Assembly (NCBI RefSeq): GCF_018977255.1 | Contig: NW_024704742.1 | Location: 3,040,001 to 3,104,000, forward strand | Source: Callorhinchus milii | Taxonomy: Eukaryota | DNA: 64,000 bases | Direction: 5' to 3' | Part shown: positions 50,600-63,305 of the stretch, in pieces | How the letters are laid out: each line of letters begins with the position of its first letter | Position numbering within the stretch: position 1 is the first letter of the stretch | The notes under the pieces: model-generated | What the model was told of the DNA's origin: nothing | Databases searched by the model: none | The model's input: the letters and a program-made list of their open reading frames with translations, nothing else | Program-made: the position numbers and the translations under genes

Positions 50600-50960
50600 C
50601 CTGGCGCAGCCGGTAGCATTCTTCGCAAAAGGTTATGGGATCCAGCCACACATCAAGCCTTTGAACGCACAGCCTCAGCTGACACGCCAGTGCAGCGCTG
50701 GGGTGTTCTGTATCGTTGGAGTCCCCTTCCTTCAGAGGCAATGTTAAACTGAGATCCCGACGGCTTGTTCATTCAGACTTGAAAGATCCCATTGGCACAA
50801 CTCAAAGGCAAGTTTCTCCCAGGCTTCTGCCCAACAATCCCACAAATAAAACTGGTTATTCATTCCTTGTGGGATATTGCTGTGTGCAAAGTTGACTGCC
50901 ACGTCTGCCCACCAGTGCACCGTCACTACACTTTGTCGGGTCAAATGTGAAGTTTATTTA
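50600..50960 (+). mobile_element. Degraded Deu-domain SINE
   Basis: CAGCCTGGCGCAGCCGGTAGCATTC head; AAAGATCCCATTGGCAC; GCTGTGTGCAAAGTTGACTGCC. Confidence 0.72.
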
Positions 50961-51109
50961 TAAAAACGGTTGTTGCCAGGGTGAGCAGAGGTTTCAGGCC
51001 TCCTCAACACGTCACCAATGGGAAAGAAACCTACCAAAACAAACTTAGAACCCAATATAGGGCCTATGATTTAATAATAAGTTAATAAGAAGAAGAATTC
51101 TTAAAAATA

Positions 51110-51297
51110 TATAATAATTTGGTCACTTCAATCCACGATTGTCTGTGGGACACTGCTGTGTGCAATTGGCTGCCACGTTTCGACCACAGATATACAGTCA
51201 AGTCACTTTACAGTGTATTCTTTGAAGCGCTTTGAGACGTCTCGAAGAAGTGATATGGCGCTATATCAAATGCAAGGATTATTATTATTATTAATAT
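51110..51297 (+). mobile_element. 5'-truncated tRNA-SINE family copy (3' half)
   Basis: GGTCACTTCAATCCACG...GAGACGTCTCGAAGAAGTG...GCAAGG(ATT)n. Confidence 0.88.
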
Positions 51298-51489
51298 TAA
51301 TTTAGCAAAGAACACCTCCTGCCTAACATTAAAAAAAATGGAGGCAAAACTTACCTGGAGAGTAGGCTGCCACCTGGTGGTATCCGCTGGCACTATTTTT
51401 TATGGACTGGCATTAAGTGAGGAATACCTTACAATTCACACCACTCTTACAGCACATCATTGATATTATAACTGCACTGCTCTCATTCC

Positions 51490-52100
51490 TGTTACCTAGT
51501 GACACTTGTCCTTGACCATCCAGTGACTATCCATCCTGGGGGCAGAGGAGGAAGGTGAGGTAAGTGGGGGGTCTCCTTGGAGCTGAGATGGCTCCGTGGC
51601 TTGGCAGTGGAATGCCGGGCTTGAGTCAACACTCTGCAGCAGCCTCGGTCGTCTGGTTCCTGAATCAGGCGGGTCCACAGTATTCCAGGACACTGCTGAC
51701 ACAGGTCAGTCAACCTGACTCATCAGCTGGACCTGAAAGCCAGATCAGTCACTGGGAGCAGGGATTCAGCTCTTGTTATCCCTGTTCAAACCAGACAGTG
51801 CTTCCATTGGCAAGCTGTGTAGTTTTAGCTGATTAGACTCAAGTAGTACCCCCAACGCACAACTTTGCAATGGAATAAGAGTCCTGGAGTCTTGGCTTTT
51901 TGTTAAGCCTCACCGAACACTCTCTGGAATCAGGTACGCAGGGAGCTCTCCTCCAGGGAGAAAGTGCACGTTGGATTCCAGACGCAGAGAAATTGCCACG
52001 TGTAGATGCCGTACACACACGTGGAGTCTCAGTCTGGTTTGGATACTCTTAAGCAAGGCAATGGGTTTCCACATGTATCACATACCTGGCTGACTAAAAA
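51490..52100 (+). repeat. Unclassified ~600-bp interspersed repeat, most complete copy (orientation arbitrary)
   Basis: Colinear with 9700-10315, 5930-6440 and the reverse complement of 32905-33430, 27190-27390 and 745-1368. TGGTTTGGATACTCTTAAGCA is identical at 6370-6390 and 52035-52055. Confidence 0.85.
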
Positions 52101-53519
52101 AAACTCCTTTGTAGGTGAGGCTGATACATTGTGAATTCTCCATTAAAAGGCATTGAGTGAAAACGCAGCTTCAGATTAGTATGAATCCAATGTCAACGCT
52201 AACCTCAGTAAAGATCAGACCGGCTGTGTGAAATGTATAGCGCTCGTAAAGCACACAGGGGCTCGGCTATAACGTTCTTCTCGTGCCAATGAGGATTATT
52301 CCAATTGTCCTCCGCTGTTGTGAAGTAACTCTTTGACTGGGTGTTTTCCAAGAACCTTTCTGATGTGGGTATTAAGTGAGTCCATCCCCTTTAATTTCAC
52401 TTTGTCAGGGGGAAAGCGTTGAACTCGATTCGCTTGCTGTGCTTCCAGGCTTGAAGCGATACAGATTAGTGCTCCGCTGTTTGAAGTGGGCAGCTTCCTT
52501 ATCTGGTCTCGCACAGGCCTTGGCGTAGCCTGGGGAGAGCTGCTGTTGAGGCAGCGGGGTCCAAAGCTGCTCCTGCTGACCTCGGTAGGGGTTAGGGAAT
52601 CAGGCACATGGTGCCGCTGAGAGAAAAGCTGGCCTTTGTTCTCGCTGCCAACTCCCCCGAAAATCTTTCAGAGCCTACGATCACATGGGCACTGCTGCTC
52701 CACCACAGAACTCTCAGCCACCTAACTGGAGAGGGAGAACTCCCAGCGTAATGCTCACGTCCTAACTTTAGCGCCACCCCACCCCACCCCACACCCCCCC
52801 CTCCCAAAAATCAGTCGCTTGAACGCACTATGCTCCTGCGCTAGTTTCCCCCTCTCCGTCTCGTTTGCAGCAAGGAACAGACCCGATGAGAGCCTTTTCG
52901 AGCAAAGTGGAGCACAGGAACAAGGAGAGGGAACGGTGTGGTGTCGTTGGCTTCCCCCCTCCGTGCACGGCTGGAGCAGTCGGCCGCAGATGTTCTGGAA
53001 TCTCCTCACAGCACAACGTGCCACCTGCAATATTGCAAGGGAGCGGTTCCAGTTACTCAAGGACCACCCCCCCACCCCCCCCCCACCCCCGTTCTTCTGG
53101 AGGTTGTCAACACAAGCATTACTGCGATTGTTAACCCCTTCCGTGACTCTTCGCAAACTTTTTTCGCAAGCTGACAGCACTGCGTATCAATGCTAAAACG
53201 TTGGGGGTTGGAAATTTGCTGAACAGAAGCAACCAGAGGGTTGGTTGTGAGGGGAGCTGGTTCAAAATAGGCAGAGATATTCAGTGGGGTGCACTCTTGT
53301 TCCCTGTCTAAGTTAACCACAACAACAACAACTTGATTTATATAGCGCCCTTCACATGGGTTAGCGTACCGGAGCCCTTTATAACCTGGTTCACAGACCC
53401 AATGTAAGGCAGTAGCGTTCACAGGACACAAACATGGCTGGGGCTGGGGGGAAACTGTGGAATCAGTAATTGCAGCACAGTCCTACAAAGCCAACTAGAA
53501 ATACAGATAAATGTGCAAT

Positions 53520-54490
53520 ACTACATATAGGAAGTAAGATTAGGAGGTACATCTACTCCACAAATGGGACAGGACTGCCAAGGGGACACTGAAAGAGACC
53601 CAGGGATGTTGGTTGACTCCACGCTCCGCATGTCCAAACAGTGTGACACAGAAATAGAAAAGGCAAACAATAACAGATGCTGGACTTGTTTGCCAAACTG
53701 GTTGAGGCTCAGGCCTTGTAGAGGCAGGCATTATAGGCTGTGCAGAGTTTCAATGCTCCACCTCCATCTAACCCCCTACCAACCCGCCCGCTTCCTCCGC
53801 TCAGCCGGCTCTGGCTGCTCCACGTCCTCCGACCCACCCGCCCCACCATTGGTGGGAGAGCCTTCAGCCACTCTGCCCCCAACCTCTGGAATTCCATCGC
53901 CCCCTCCTTAGCCTCCTTCAAGTCCCACCTCAAGACCCTCCTCTTCGATCAGGCCATCGGCCACTCCCCTTCCCCTCTCCTCCCTTACCCCCAGCTCAGG
54001 TCTGAAATGCTATACTCTGTCCAGCGCCTTGGGACGTCCTCCCGAAGTGAAAGGCGCTATAGAAATGTAATCTTGTTGTTGTTGTTGTAGAGAAGAGCAA
54101 CGAGATTGACTCCCAAGTATTAGAGGAATGAGCTATGAGCATTGATTAGAAAATTTAGGCTCTTCATCTTTGAAAACAGATGCCTTAGAATGGGCTTTAC
54201 AGAGGTGTCTAAGATTTTAAATGAGATTGAGAAAGTAAACCTAAACTAATACTTTCAGACATACCAGGGCAACAGAAACAGAAGGAACATGTTTAGGGCA
54301 ATTTCAGGACAGGTACCAGGCAGTTTTTCTTTACCCAGAGGGTAATTAATGGAACAGACTGCCAGGAAGAGTAGTATTTAAAAATCAGCTTGATGCTGTG
54401 ATGGGAGGACAGTAGGGTGGGTGTTCTGAGAGAATGATATCACATGGCCGAAGGGTTTTCATCACCCAAATTAATCTTATGATTCCTCTA
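53520..54490 (+). mobile_element. Decayed CR1 fragment split by an L2 (53748-54088)
   Basis: Left part encodes ERDPGMLVDSTLRMSKQC...KAN. Rejoining GTGCAGAG|AAGAGCAACG restores VQRRATRL...RGMSYE. The 3' UTR CAGCTTGATGCTGTGATGGG follows. Confidence 0.85.
53748..54088 (+). mobile_element. Young L2 3' fragment inserted into a CR1
   Basis: Encodes TIGGRAFSHSAPNLWNSI...ASFKSHLKTLLFDQA (L2 ORF2 end), then the hairpin tail and (TTG)n. Flanked by AGAG on both sides. Confidence 0.93.
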
Positions 54491-54799
54491 TTTAGCAGTA
54501 TCAGGCAAGGTATTTTGCTTCACAATCAATATTTTCCAATGTGTCATTATATTTGCAAAGGTGGAGCATTGAAACATCCTGCAATGTTCAAGCTTCACAA
54601 CACTGGCTATAAGAAGTACAGCGTGATGTTGAAATGAATTATCGTGTTACAAAGGACGGCCTTGAAGTTGGTGAATGCCCTGTTTTCTTTCCCATTGAAG
54701 CACAGACAATGCATAACTCACAAGTGAGTTAAACGAGTCACCTTCACGCAAAAAAAATGAACATGGCATTTAACCATTTCATTTGTAGTCTTCTAGTTA

Positions 54800-55080
54800 C
54801 AGCTAGGTCTAATTTTTTAAGATTTACGATGCACCAGGACAGAAAAGCGAGAGGACATAGGTTTAGAATTGCGAAGGGCAATTTCAGGACAGACTAGGAA
54901 GGTTTTTTTTCCCCCCAGAAGGTAGATAATGAATGGAACAGGAAGAATGGTTGAGGCCAGGACACTCGACTCATTTAAAAAAAGCAGCTTGATGCCGTGA
55001 TGGGGTGCGTGGTAGGGTGGGCTGTTCTGGAGGGATGTGATCAGATGAGCCAAAGAGCTTTTTTTTCATCCGAACTAAGC
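54800..55080 (+). mobile_element. CR1 3' fragment
   Basis: GAGAGGACATAGGTTTAGAATTGCGAAGGGCAATTTCAGGACAGA...CAGCTTGATGCCGTGATGGGG; paralogous to 54200-54490. Confidence 0.82.
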
Positions 55081-56351
55081 CTCTTGTTGCGCTCAAATGG
55101 CTGCCACATTTCGCCCACAAAATAAACAATCACTACACTTTACAGCGTGAAGCGCTTTGAGGCATCTCAACGATGTGATGAGGCGGTATATCACACGTAA
55201 GGATTACTATTATTTGTAATCTTGTAATTTCTCTTGCACCGTACCCTTACAACTGAGAAAGAGTCTAATATGATATCAACGGGTTTTCCGATCCCTCAAG
55301 TGGCCACCTGGGTTGTCCGGTATTCCTCAGACCTAGAAAACTCAGGGGAATGTCATCACTATGGTAATATAAAGTCTGCTTCACATTTTTAAGTGTCAGG
55401 GACTAAAGGATTTTCTTGTACGATTAGTATTGATTATCTAATATATGTGTGTGTCTATATATAGATATGTCATATCGATATATAATAAACACTAACATTA
55501 ATCTCACTGTAAAATGTAATTGCATTGTAGATGGTCACCGGAATAAGCATTTCCCAAGTCAATTCTTGTACTCGTAGAATATCACACCGGGAGTGCAGTG
55601 AGATCAATGTTCTTCATTTCTTCCTCCTCTCACGCAACAGTAGAATCGGGCCCCTCAGCATCTTTACAGGCACTCACGGTGATGAAGTTACCATGGCTAC
55701 AGGGGGTGCTCAACGAGGGCGAAAGTAACCCTCAGCTGTCCAGCATTTACTAACCTGCCTGCTTGCTTTATCGGAAAGTAATTCCTGTCGTGTATTTTAT
55801 TCTCATTCGCACGAAACTAAGCCTCGTACATGGTATCGATATAATCCCACATCTGGCTTGCAAGTATTGCACCTGAGTTTGGCATCTGAGTCTCACGTCG
55901 TTGAACATTTTGTTCGAAAACCTGTTAGGGAATTGGTTAAAACACACTCCCAAACACAACGGTTCGTGGCAGGCGCTTCAACACTGGTATCGGTGTTCCC
56001 TAGGGAAATACGCACCCTGTTGAGCTCTTCACAAACCCAATAGATACATCTGAGATCAGTGAAGGAATCATTCAAAACAGTTACCGTATGAAATGACGTG
56101 AGAGCTAAGTACTTGATTCAAAATATGCATCTGTGGAGCTTTAATCTCTTTTGACACCTGAATACATCAGGAGTAGTCGAAAATAGACATTGTAGTTGAA
56201 AATGGAATACGCTAATTGCAATCGAGATTCTCTGCAGCTCCTGGTTGGCGAAAATCTATTAATAATAATGCTTGAATTTGAGATAGCATCTGTAACGTTT
56301 AGAATGCCTCAAAGTGCTTCAGAGGTTTTTCTGTAAAGTGCGGTGACTGGG

Positions 56352-56635
56352 CCCCACTATCCGTGGTCGGGCCTTCAGCCTTTACATCCCCACCCTCTGG
56401 AACTGCCTCCCTGAGCCCCTTCGCCTCGACTACTCCTTTGCCTCCTTCATGGCTTGTCTCAAGACCATCCCATTTGACCGTGCCTTCGGTCATCCTTCTA
56501 ACCCCACCCCGCTTTTCCCTTCACCCCTCTTAATTCCAACCCCCCAGCTCGGGTGCAAATCCTTGACTGCTCCAGTGCCTTGGGATGCCCTCTTGACGTG
56601 AAAGGCGCTTTATAAACATAATGTGTTGTGTTTGT
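56352..56635 (+). mobile_element. L2 3' fragment
   Basis: GGGCCTTCAGCC...CTCTGGAACTGCCTCCC...GCCTCCTTCATGGCTTGTCTCAAGACC...GACGTGAAAGGCGCT. Confidence 0.87.
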
Positions 56636-57879
56636 TGCTTCTGCGTGAATCCAGATCAGTTCAACATCAAAATCCTAAAAACTTGATGACAGCAGCTTGC
56701 ACTGTGAATAGTTTGGCAGCTTCCGTGGAGAGACTCTCGTGACAGGTACGATGACACTGAAAAACTGGAAGATAGATAAAGAACAGATTAACACCCCACC
56801 GTAATCACTTGCTACCCCCAGAGATCAGAGCAAATGAGCGAGAATTAATCCATGCATTCCACACATCTGTACACCCATCTGCAAGCCACACACCATGTGT
56901 CCCACCACTCAAGACTTGACACCTTGTTTAAAAGGGGAGCAGCCCAATGATTAGTCAATCGATCGACCGTTATGGCAGCTACAGCTGGAGTCGATTAACC
57001 ATAATTGTGGCTCATAGACAATCAATCTTCAAACAGCAGCATCGGTGCGAGAGTACGATCGGAACTCGAACGCACCGAGAGCCACATTAACCAACATTAT
57101 GAAAGAGACAAAGGAGACCGCTGGTTCACTTGGTAGAGTGGATTGCGCAGTGAAGGTCAACAATGAGATGGTGACTGGCGTTCTGATGAGAGAACGTGAG
57201 ATACGTCTGGATATCTGCGTGATTCAATATTTACAAATATCGGGATGGGCTGCAGTCTGATCGGTTGCGCTGACACGTTTACAGTCGCCAGTCTCCATCA
57301 GCGAAAAACCCAACGTTTGGTTTTTCTTTCCTTTAAAAGTAACTGCGAGCGTGTTCTGGAGCAGGTTTTGTGGGTTAGCCTTTACTTAGTGCCTGTGGAA
57401 GGCAAATCGCTCAACCGTCAAAAGTTATTTCTTTATCTAAATTCGGATGTCTCAATGGTGGCTCTCTCTCTACCCTCTAGGTCAGAAGGTTGTGGGTTCA
57501 AGCCCCACGTTAGAACTGTGAAAGCACAGTCCACTCCCCTGGGGTATCTTGCATTGTTAGGAGGACTTTGGTTTAACGTCACAGATAGATTTTGATGCAG
57601 ACATTGTTGATGAATTTGTGGATTTTCTGGATTTCATGTCACATATTAACCGTGAGAAAACTCTGCGAGAGATGCTAAAGTGTGTGGAAACAGAGTCACT
57701 TGACGGAATTAACATTTCCAAACACGGCAGTGGTTCTCCGTACATCCTTTTCTCTCCACCAGTTGCGGTCTGTGAAGGTGAACAGTCGTCCTCAAAGATG
57801 AGTCTCATCGAAAACTCATTGAGATCTGCAATGTTCTGATTGTGTGTATTTGTAGGGAAACATGGCAACCAACGTACAG

Positions 57880-58170
57880 ATAGACGCAAGATGCTCTGAT
57901 CAGACCGCACTTTGAATACTGTGTACAATTCTGGTGACTGTGACATAAGAGGGGTGCCCAGGTGCTAGAGACCGTGCAGAGAGGAATATTCCCAGTGTGA
58001 GAGGAATGAGCTATGAACAATGACTAGTCAGAGAGAAGGCGGCTCAGAAGTGTATCAGATTTTAAATGGGATTGAAAATTAAATCCAGATCAATACTTTC
58101 GGATGTATCATCAGAGTGAAAAACGGGCATAGGTTTGAACTTGTAAAGGGCAACTTCAGGACGTATAAAT
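57880..58170 (+). mobile_element. CR1 ORF2 fragment
   Basis: LIRPHFEYCVQFW...LETVQR...RGMSYE motifs. Confidence 0.85.
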
Positions 58171-58499
58171 GAGAACTCCCTTTCCTCTCCTGATAGTGTC
58201 ATGAGATCTTTACCGTCCATCTGAACTGGCAGACGGAACCTCGAACTAACATCTCATCCGAATGACAGCCCGTCCAGCAATGCTTTTCCTGCATCGTACT
58301 GCAGTGTCAGTTTCAACTATTAGCCCAAACTCCCCGATTTGGGACTTTAAACCACAACCTTCTGACTCAGGAGCAAGATTTCCTGTCAGAGATCAAGATC
58401 TGAATGACGGCCAACTTTCCCCAGTCGAATGTCGAACAAGACAGAGACCAATCTTCTCACCGCAGGCACTGACTGCATCAATAAACATGGGTGCACACT

Positions 58500-59270
58500 C
58501 CACTTCATAGAACTAGCACAGAACCTCTGTACCTTGTTGGACTCTCAACTGTCCTTTAAACCCCACATCCATGCCTTGAACTGTTCAGCTTTCCCCCACT
58601 TCCACAACATTCACCTCTGCAACATTGCCCATCTCCACCACTACTTCTCTCCTCAGGTCTCTGAGACCCTTATCAATGCTTTTAGCACATCCAGTATCAA
58701 CCAAACCAACTCTGTGCTTGCCATATCTCCCAACTCTTCCCTCCACAAGCTGCAAACCATCCAGAACTCTGCAGCTCGTGTGCTCTCCTGTACTAAACTC
58801 CACAAACCTATCAAGCCCACTCTTGCCAGAGGATCGTGTTCAAGATCCTCGTGTTCACTCTTACATCCTTCTACAGTCTTACCCCCACCCTACCTCTGTG
58901 ACCCTCTGACACAGATCTAAAACCCTACCAATCCGTTCCCTCCCAAATGCTCCTCGGGCACTGGGTTGCTTCACGTACCCTGCGACTGTGGTCAGCTCTT
59001 GAACTTTTCTGCCCTCACTCTCTAGAACTCCATCCCGGAATTCCTTTGCTTGATCCTTCCTATGCCTCCCTCAAATTACGCTTAAAGATGTACCTGTTTG
59101 ACCGTACCTTTGGTCATCTTCCCCTCCCCACCTCCTTGGCCCTCATCCCTCTCAATCCAGCCCAGTTCTGGTGAAAACGCTCGACTGTCCAGCACCTTGG
59201 GACGTGTTCCCTATTTGAAAGGCATTATATAAATGCTATTTATTTTTGTTGGTCGGTTGGTTGTTGTAGC
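58500..59270 (+). mobile_element. L2-clade LINE 3' fragment (decayed ORF2 C-terminus, 3' UTR, tail)
   Basis: Translation NLCTLLDSQLSFKPHI...NIAHLHHYFS...ETLINAF...NSVL...LHKLQTIQNSAARVL matches the L2 post-RT pattern (NLGV.FD..LSF..HI...LQ.IQNSAAR). It has frameshifts and ends CCTTGGGACGTG...GAAAGGCATTATATAAATG. Confidence 0.92.
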
Positions 59271-60689
59271 TTTCAAAGTTCACATGTGCCTGGAATTCTG
59301 TATCCAATCTTTGATTCTACCCTAAACCAGTAGGATATAATCATTTTTGAGCCTTGCTGAATCTTGGTGTGACACGCGTGTATAACAGTGTAGGATTTTG
59401 AGAGTTACTCACTTGTGCTCTGATTTACATGGCATTGCATTACAATACAATACAGCAGGCTGTTTACCTGCTTGTCGTTCTTTGTTTCTTTGATGGAGGG
59501 TTGATTTGATATTTCAAAATCAGTGGTACTCAAATGGATGTTTGCGTCCCCTGCGTCGCAATGGACAAGGTAATGATTATGAACCTGCGTCAATCTCCCC
59601 GTGCTTCAAGCGAGGCTGTAGATAAAGGAACAGGTGGATATTTCAAGCCCTGTTAACCATTGCAAGTGTGTAAACCCCTTTCAGGAAATGAATGCGGACA
59701 GATGAGTATTCACAGAGATCGCTCGCCTAGAATGCTGGAACAATTGCAGCATTTTCGAAACGTTGCAAGTGCTGTCTTTTCAAAGCATCTGCGCTGCAAC
59801 TACCTTCTGGATTCACTTAACACGGATTGTTGTTTTCAATTAACCTATAACATACTGCTGGAATGTGGGACAAGTGTAAGATAGGACAGCGCTGATAGAA
59901 CAATTGGTTTGATTAGCACTAGTATTAGTTGACACCCATTTACTCATTGCAATCTGTTCATTGCATCCCGTCTCAAAGCGTGTTAAATGACTCCTGTTCT
60001 CTGCATCTATTGTTATACGTTACATTCAAAAAACAGAAGGATTCAGTTTCAACCTGTTCTATTCAGTGACCGGTATAAAATAGGCGCTGGTGTGACAAAG
60101 AGCAAATAATCCAGGATTTCTCAATAACAAGCGGCCCCTGTAGGAACGGTATAACATTCTTGCTACTGCTCTCTTTTCTCCTTGCATCTCTGACTTTCTG
60201 TCTTCAGGATGCTGTGTCTCTTGTTTGTGTCAAGACTATTTGATTCCTTAAAGAATAACAGATATTTCGACCAAACTTACAGCAAAGTGGGTGAAGAATC
60301 TCAAACGTATTTGTAATTGGGAACACTAATAAGCATAGATATAGACTGAGGTGGCCAAGTGTTCCCAGGGACATAATGATTTCTGGACTGCCTCCCTCAA
60401 ATTCACGTACCTTAGCCACATACTAATTTACTAGTGTGTCTTTCACATCAAGAGGACATCTCAACCTGCTTCACTTGTGACTGGAGTGGAATGGCTATGT
60501 GCCCTGTCCACAGCACAGAGATGGTTCCCCCACCCGGTCACCTGTGGTGTACCCTACAGCTCCATCTTTGGGCCCCTCGACCTCATCAATTTGTTCTCTC
60601 TCGGTGATATCATCCTATTATTACTACCTTACAACCCAGCATCCCATGGCACAATCCGGAAACAGAAGGGAAATGCTGATGGTGTCCTG

Positions 60690-61100
60690 TTTTGTTGAAT
60701 GTGCTGTCCTTCAGATGAAATGTTAACCCAAGGTCCCATTTTCCATTTGCCTCTTCAGGGGGATGTGAAAGATCCAATGGCATGATTCAAATGAGAAGAG
60801 AATTTTTCATGGCATCCTGGTTAACAATCCCCCAGGTAAAATTGGGCATTCACTTCATGGCCATTCATCGCTTCATCCTAATCACTGACTGATCAGCAAC
60901 TTAGGACGTCCTACCGACGTGAAGGACACTTTACGAATGTAATTTTGTATTGCATTGTGTTTTGTATTGATGTGGATATTGCTGTGCACAAAACAGCTGC
61001 CACATTGGCTCACAGAGCCACAGTCACTTCACTTGACAGTATATCCTGTGAAGACACACTCCTGACTTGAAAGGCACTATTATTATTATTATTATTACCA
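60690..61100 (+). mobile_element. Deu-domain SINE interrupted by an L2 tail (about 60864-60970)
   Basis: The core runs to CACTTCATGGC and resumes at GTGGATATTGCTGTGCAC. Between them is GGACGTCCTACCGACGTGAAGG...(TTGTA)-type tail. Confidence 0.78.
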
Positions 61101-62179
61101 AAATGAACTACCTCCCACAATTGGTGCATTAAACTGCATCTGCCACGTACGTGCTCACCCTGATCGAAGCTCCACCGTGTGAAGGGTGCTGTATAAATGC
61201 AAGTTGCTGTTTTTGTTGATAGTCAAACCTCCGTCATCCTGCTCCACTGGGACCCATCCGTCAATGACGTTTCTCTGATAAGCGCAGAAATTTGTTTCCG
61301 GATCTAACAATCGTTTGCGAAACTTGGCGATATTGCTTCCTTGTGCTTGCAACCATCAGTCACTACACTTGACGATAAATATGGGTGAATTGCTCGGATA
61401 GCTTTTGAAATATAAAATGTCATAAGGTCATTTTTCTCAGTACATCAAGCTTCAACACTGCTGTATTTCCAGACGAATCTCATTGACTGCACTTTCGGTT
61501 ATCTTTCGTTTCTCCTCCCACAACCAGATAGTTGCACAGATAGCAACGTCAAGCGCCAAATCATTTTAATTTCAGGGTAATTAGAATCACCCATAATTAA
61601 AATGTTCTCTTTCCCTAGTGCGCTTCTTATTTTACTCCAATAATTCCCCAGGAAATCCCCTGTGTTCTTCAGATGTTCAGTCGCATTTCTCCTAATAATT
61701 TCCTTCCCTAGGTGTCACAGATTTCCACTTAACCTGGCTCATTTATTCAGACATTCACAGTTTATCATCCCTTTCTACTCCTCCTTACCACCAGTCCTGT
61801 CCCGTTCACTTAATTAGATTTTTTTGCCCTCTAAAACACACAAAAATCTGGCGTATGAAACAACATCTCATCCTAACGTGTTTGATGTGTCAATTATGCC
61901 CACCCTTACTTTAGGAAACACGCCAACATCACGGAGAGGGTATTCACTGAGCTAATACCAGTGATGAGAGGTTTTATTTATTAGAAAAATATTGGGGTTG
62001 TGTCAGGAGAAGAGAAGCTTGAAAGGCAATCTGATAACGTTCACAATTACAATTACAATTAAAAATGAGTTTTAATATAGTAAAATAGGAAGAACTATTT
62101 CCTTTGTCAGTTAATTAGCAATGAAGGCAGATTAATTATTATCATGAAGCCCCATTCCTGTTCAGGTTCAGAAAAATAT

Positions 62180-62440
62180 CTTTTTCAGGTGGACGTTTAA
62201 GGTCCCATTATGCGAAACAAGGGAAGGGAGTTTCTCCCAGTGCCCTGGAAAAATAAATATCCCAAATAAAATTTACTGCATGGTTGTCTGTGGATCATTA
62301 TTTGTGCACAAATTGGCTGCCATGTTCACCCACAAAAACATACATTCACTACACTTTACAATATATCCCGTGAAGCGCTTTCAGATATCCTCCTGACATG
62401 CAACGCGCTGTACCAAATGCAAGGATTATTATTATTTTTT
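62180..62440 (+). mobile_element. Deu-domain SINE, 3' half
   Basis: CAGGTGGACGTTTAAGGTCCCA...GTGCACAAATTGGCTGCC...GTGAAGCGCTTT...GCAAGG(ATT)n. Confidence 0.8.
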
Positions 62441-62502
62441 TACTCAGAACCAAAACATTAAGAAAAAATATGGCCACACTTGTCATGATTTTAAGGACTT
62501 GT

Positions 62503-63305
62503 GGGGAGAAATTCCACCTGTGTCCAGATTTACTCTATAAATGGAGCGTTGCAGAGTGTCCAGAATTTAGAAACTTGTTCAATGCAGTCTTGATTTTATG
62601 AGAATGATTCCAGGAATGAAGGGTCACAGTCGTGAGGAGAGACTCGAGAAGCTGGGCCTGTTTTCATTGGAGCAGCGAAAGTTGAGGTCCACAAAATCAT
62701 GAGGGTTTTTTTAAGAGTAAATAGGGAGAAGTTATTTCCACTGATAGGAGAATCAGTAAGAAGGTCACCTAGGTATAAGATAGCCACAAGAAGAGTCGAG
62801 AGGGAACTTAGGAGGGTCGGGCTTTGGAACGCCTTGCTGAGTAAGGTGGTGGAGCTGGATTTCATTGGAGCCTTCAAGAGGGACGGGAAAAGGCATATGG
62901 AAGAGGCGGCTTGAAGGAGTATGGGGATGAGATACTCGGATGGAAGCAATACCCTCGCTCTGTCGAACGGCACAGGCTCGAATGGCCGAACGGCCTCCTT
63001 CTACACTGTAGATTTCGATGTTTCCAAGTCAGTTTTCTATAATTCTTTTAAGAACTTGCCCCCCTCCCAATCCCCTTTCAAAACCTAAATCAAAAATTAT
63101 CTGTTTAACTGGGCTTTCAGTCATCTTTCTGTATTTCATCTTTCTCAGATACCCCGCTAGCTGTGCAAAGCACCCTTGAAACATCCTGCCCGTGTGAAAG
63201 GCAATATATAAATGCAAATCATATTGTACTGAAGACAAGCGTAAAAATTAAGGCTGTATTTAAGAATTTGCCAAATTCTGGACGCTACGGGTTGCCACAA
63301 AAATT
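62503..63305. mobile_element. Same MITE family, interrupted by a CR1 and an L2-tail piece
   Basis: Starts GGGGAGAAATTCCACCTGTGTCCAGATTTAC. 63231-63285 is the reverse complement of the left arm of the 16531 copy. Confidence 0.68.
62597..63027 (+). mobile_element. CR1-clade LINE 3' fragment inserted into a MITE
   Basis: RMIPGMKGHSREERLEKLGLFSLEQR...VNREKLFPL...LWNAL..KVVE...AFKR, then 3' UTR GAATGGCCGAACGGCCTCCTTCTACACTGTAGATTTCGATG. Confidence 0.9.

Noticed and set aside
51700..51726. Hammerhead ribozyme core CTGATGA (minus strand) followed by a short stem
   Set aside because: There is no GAAA after stem II, and sibling copies read CCGATGA or CCAATGA, so the catalytic core is not conserved.
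58429..58920. 163-aa ORF as a host gene
   Set aside because: It is decayed L2 ORF2 with catalytic regions absent and frameshifts.
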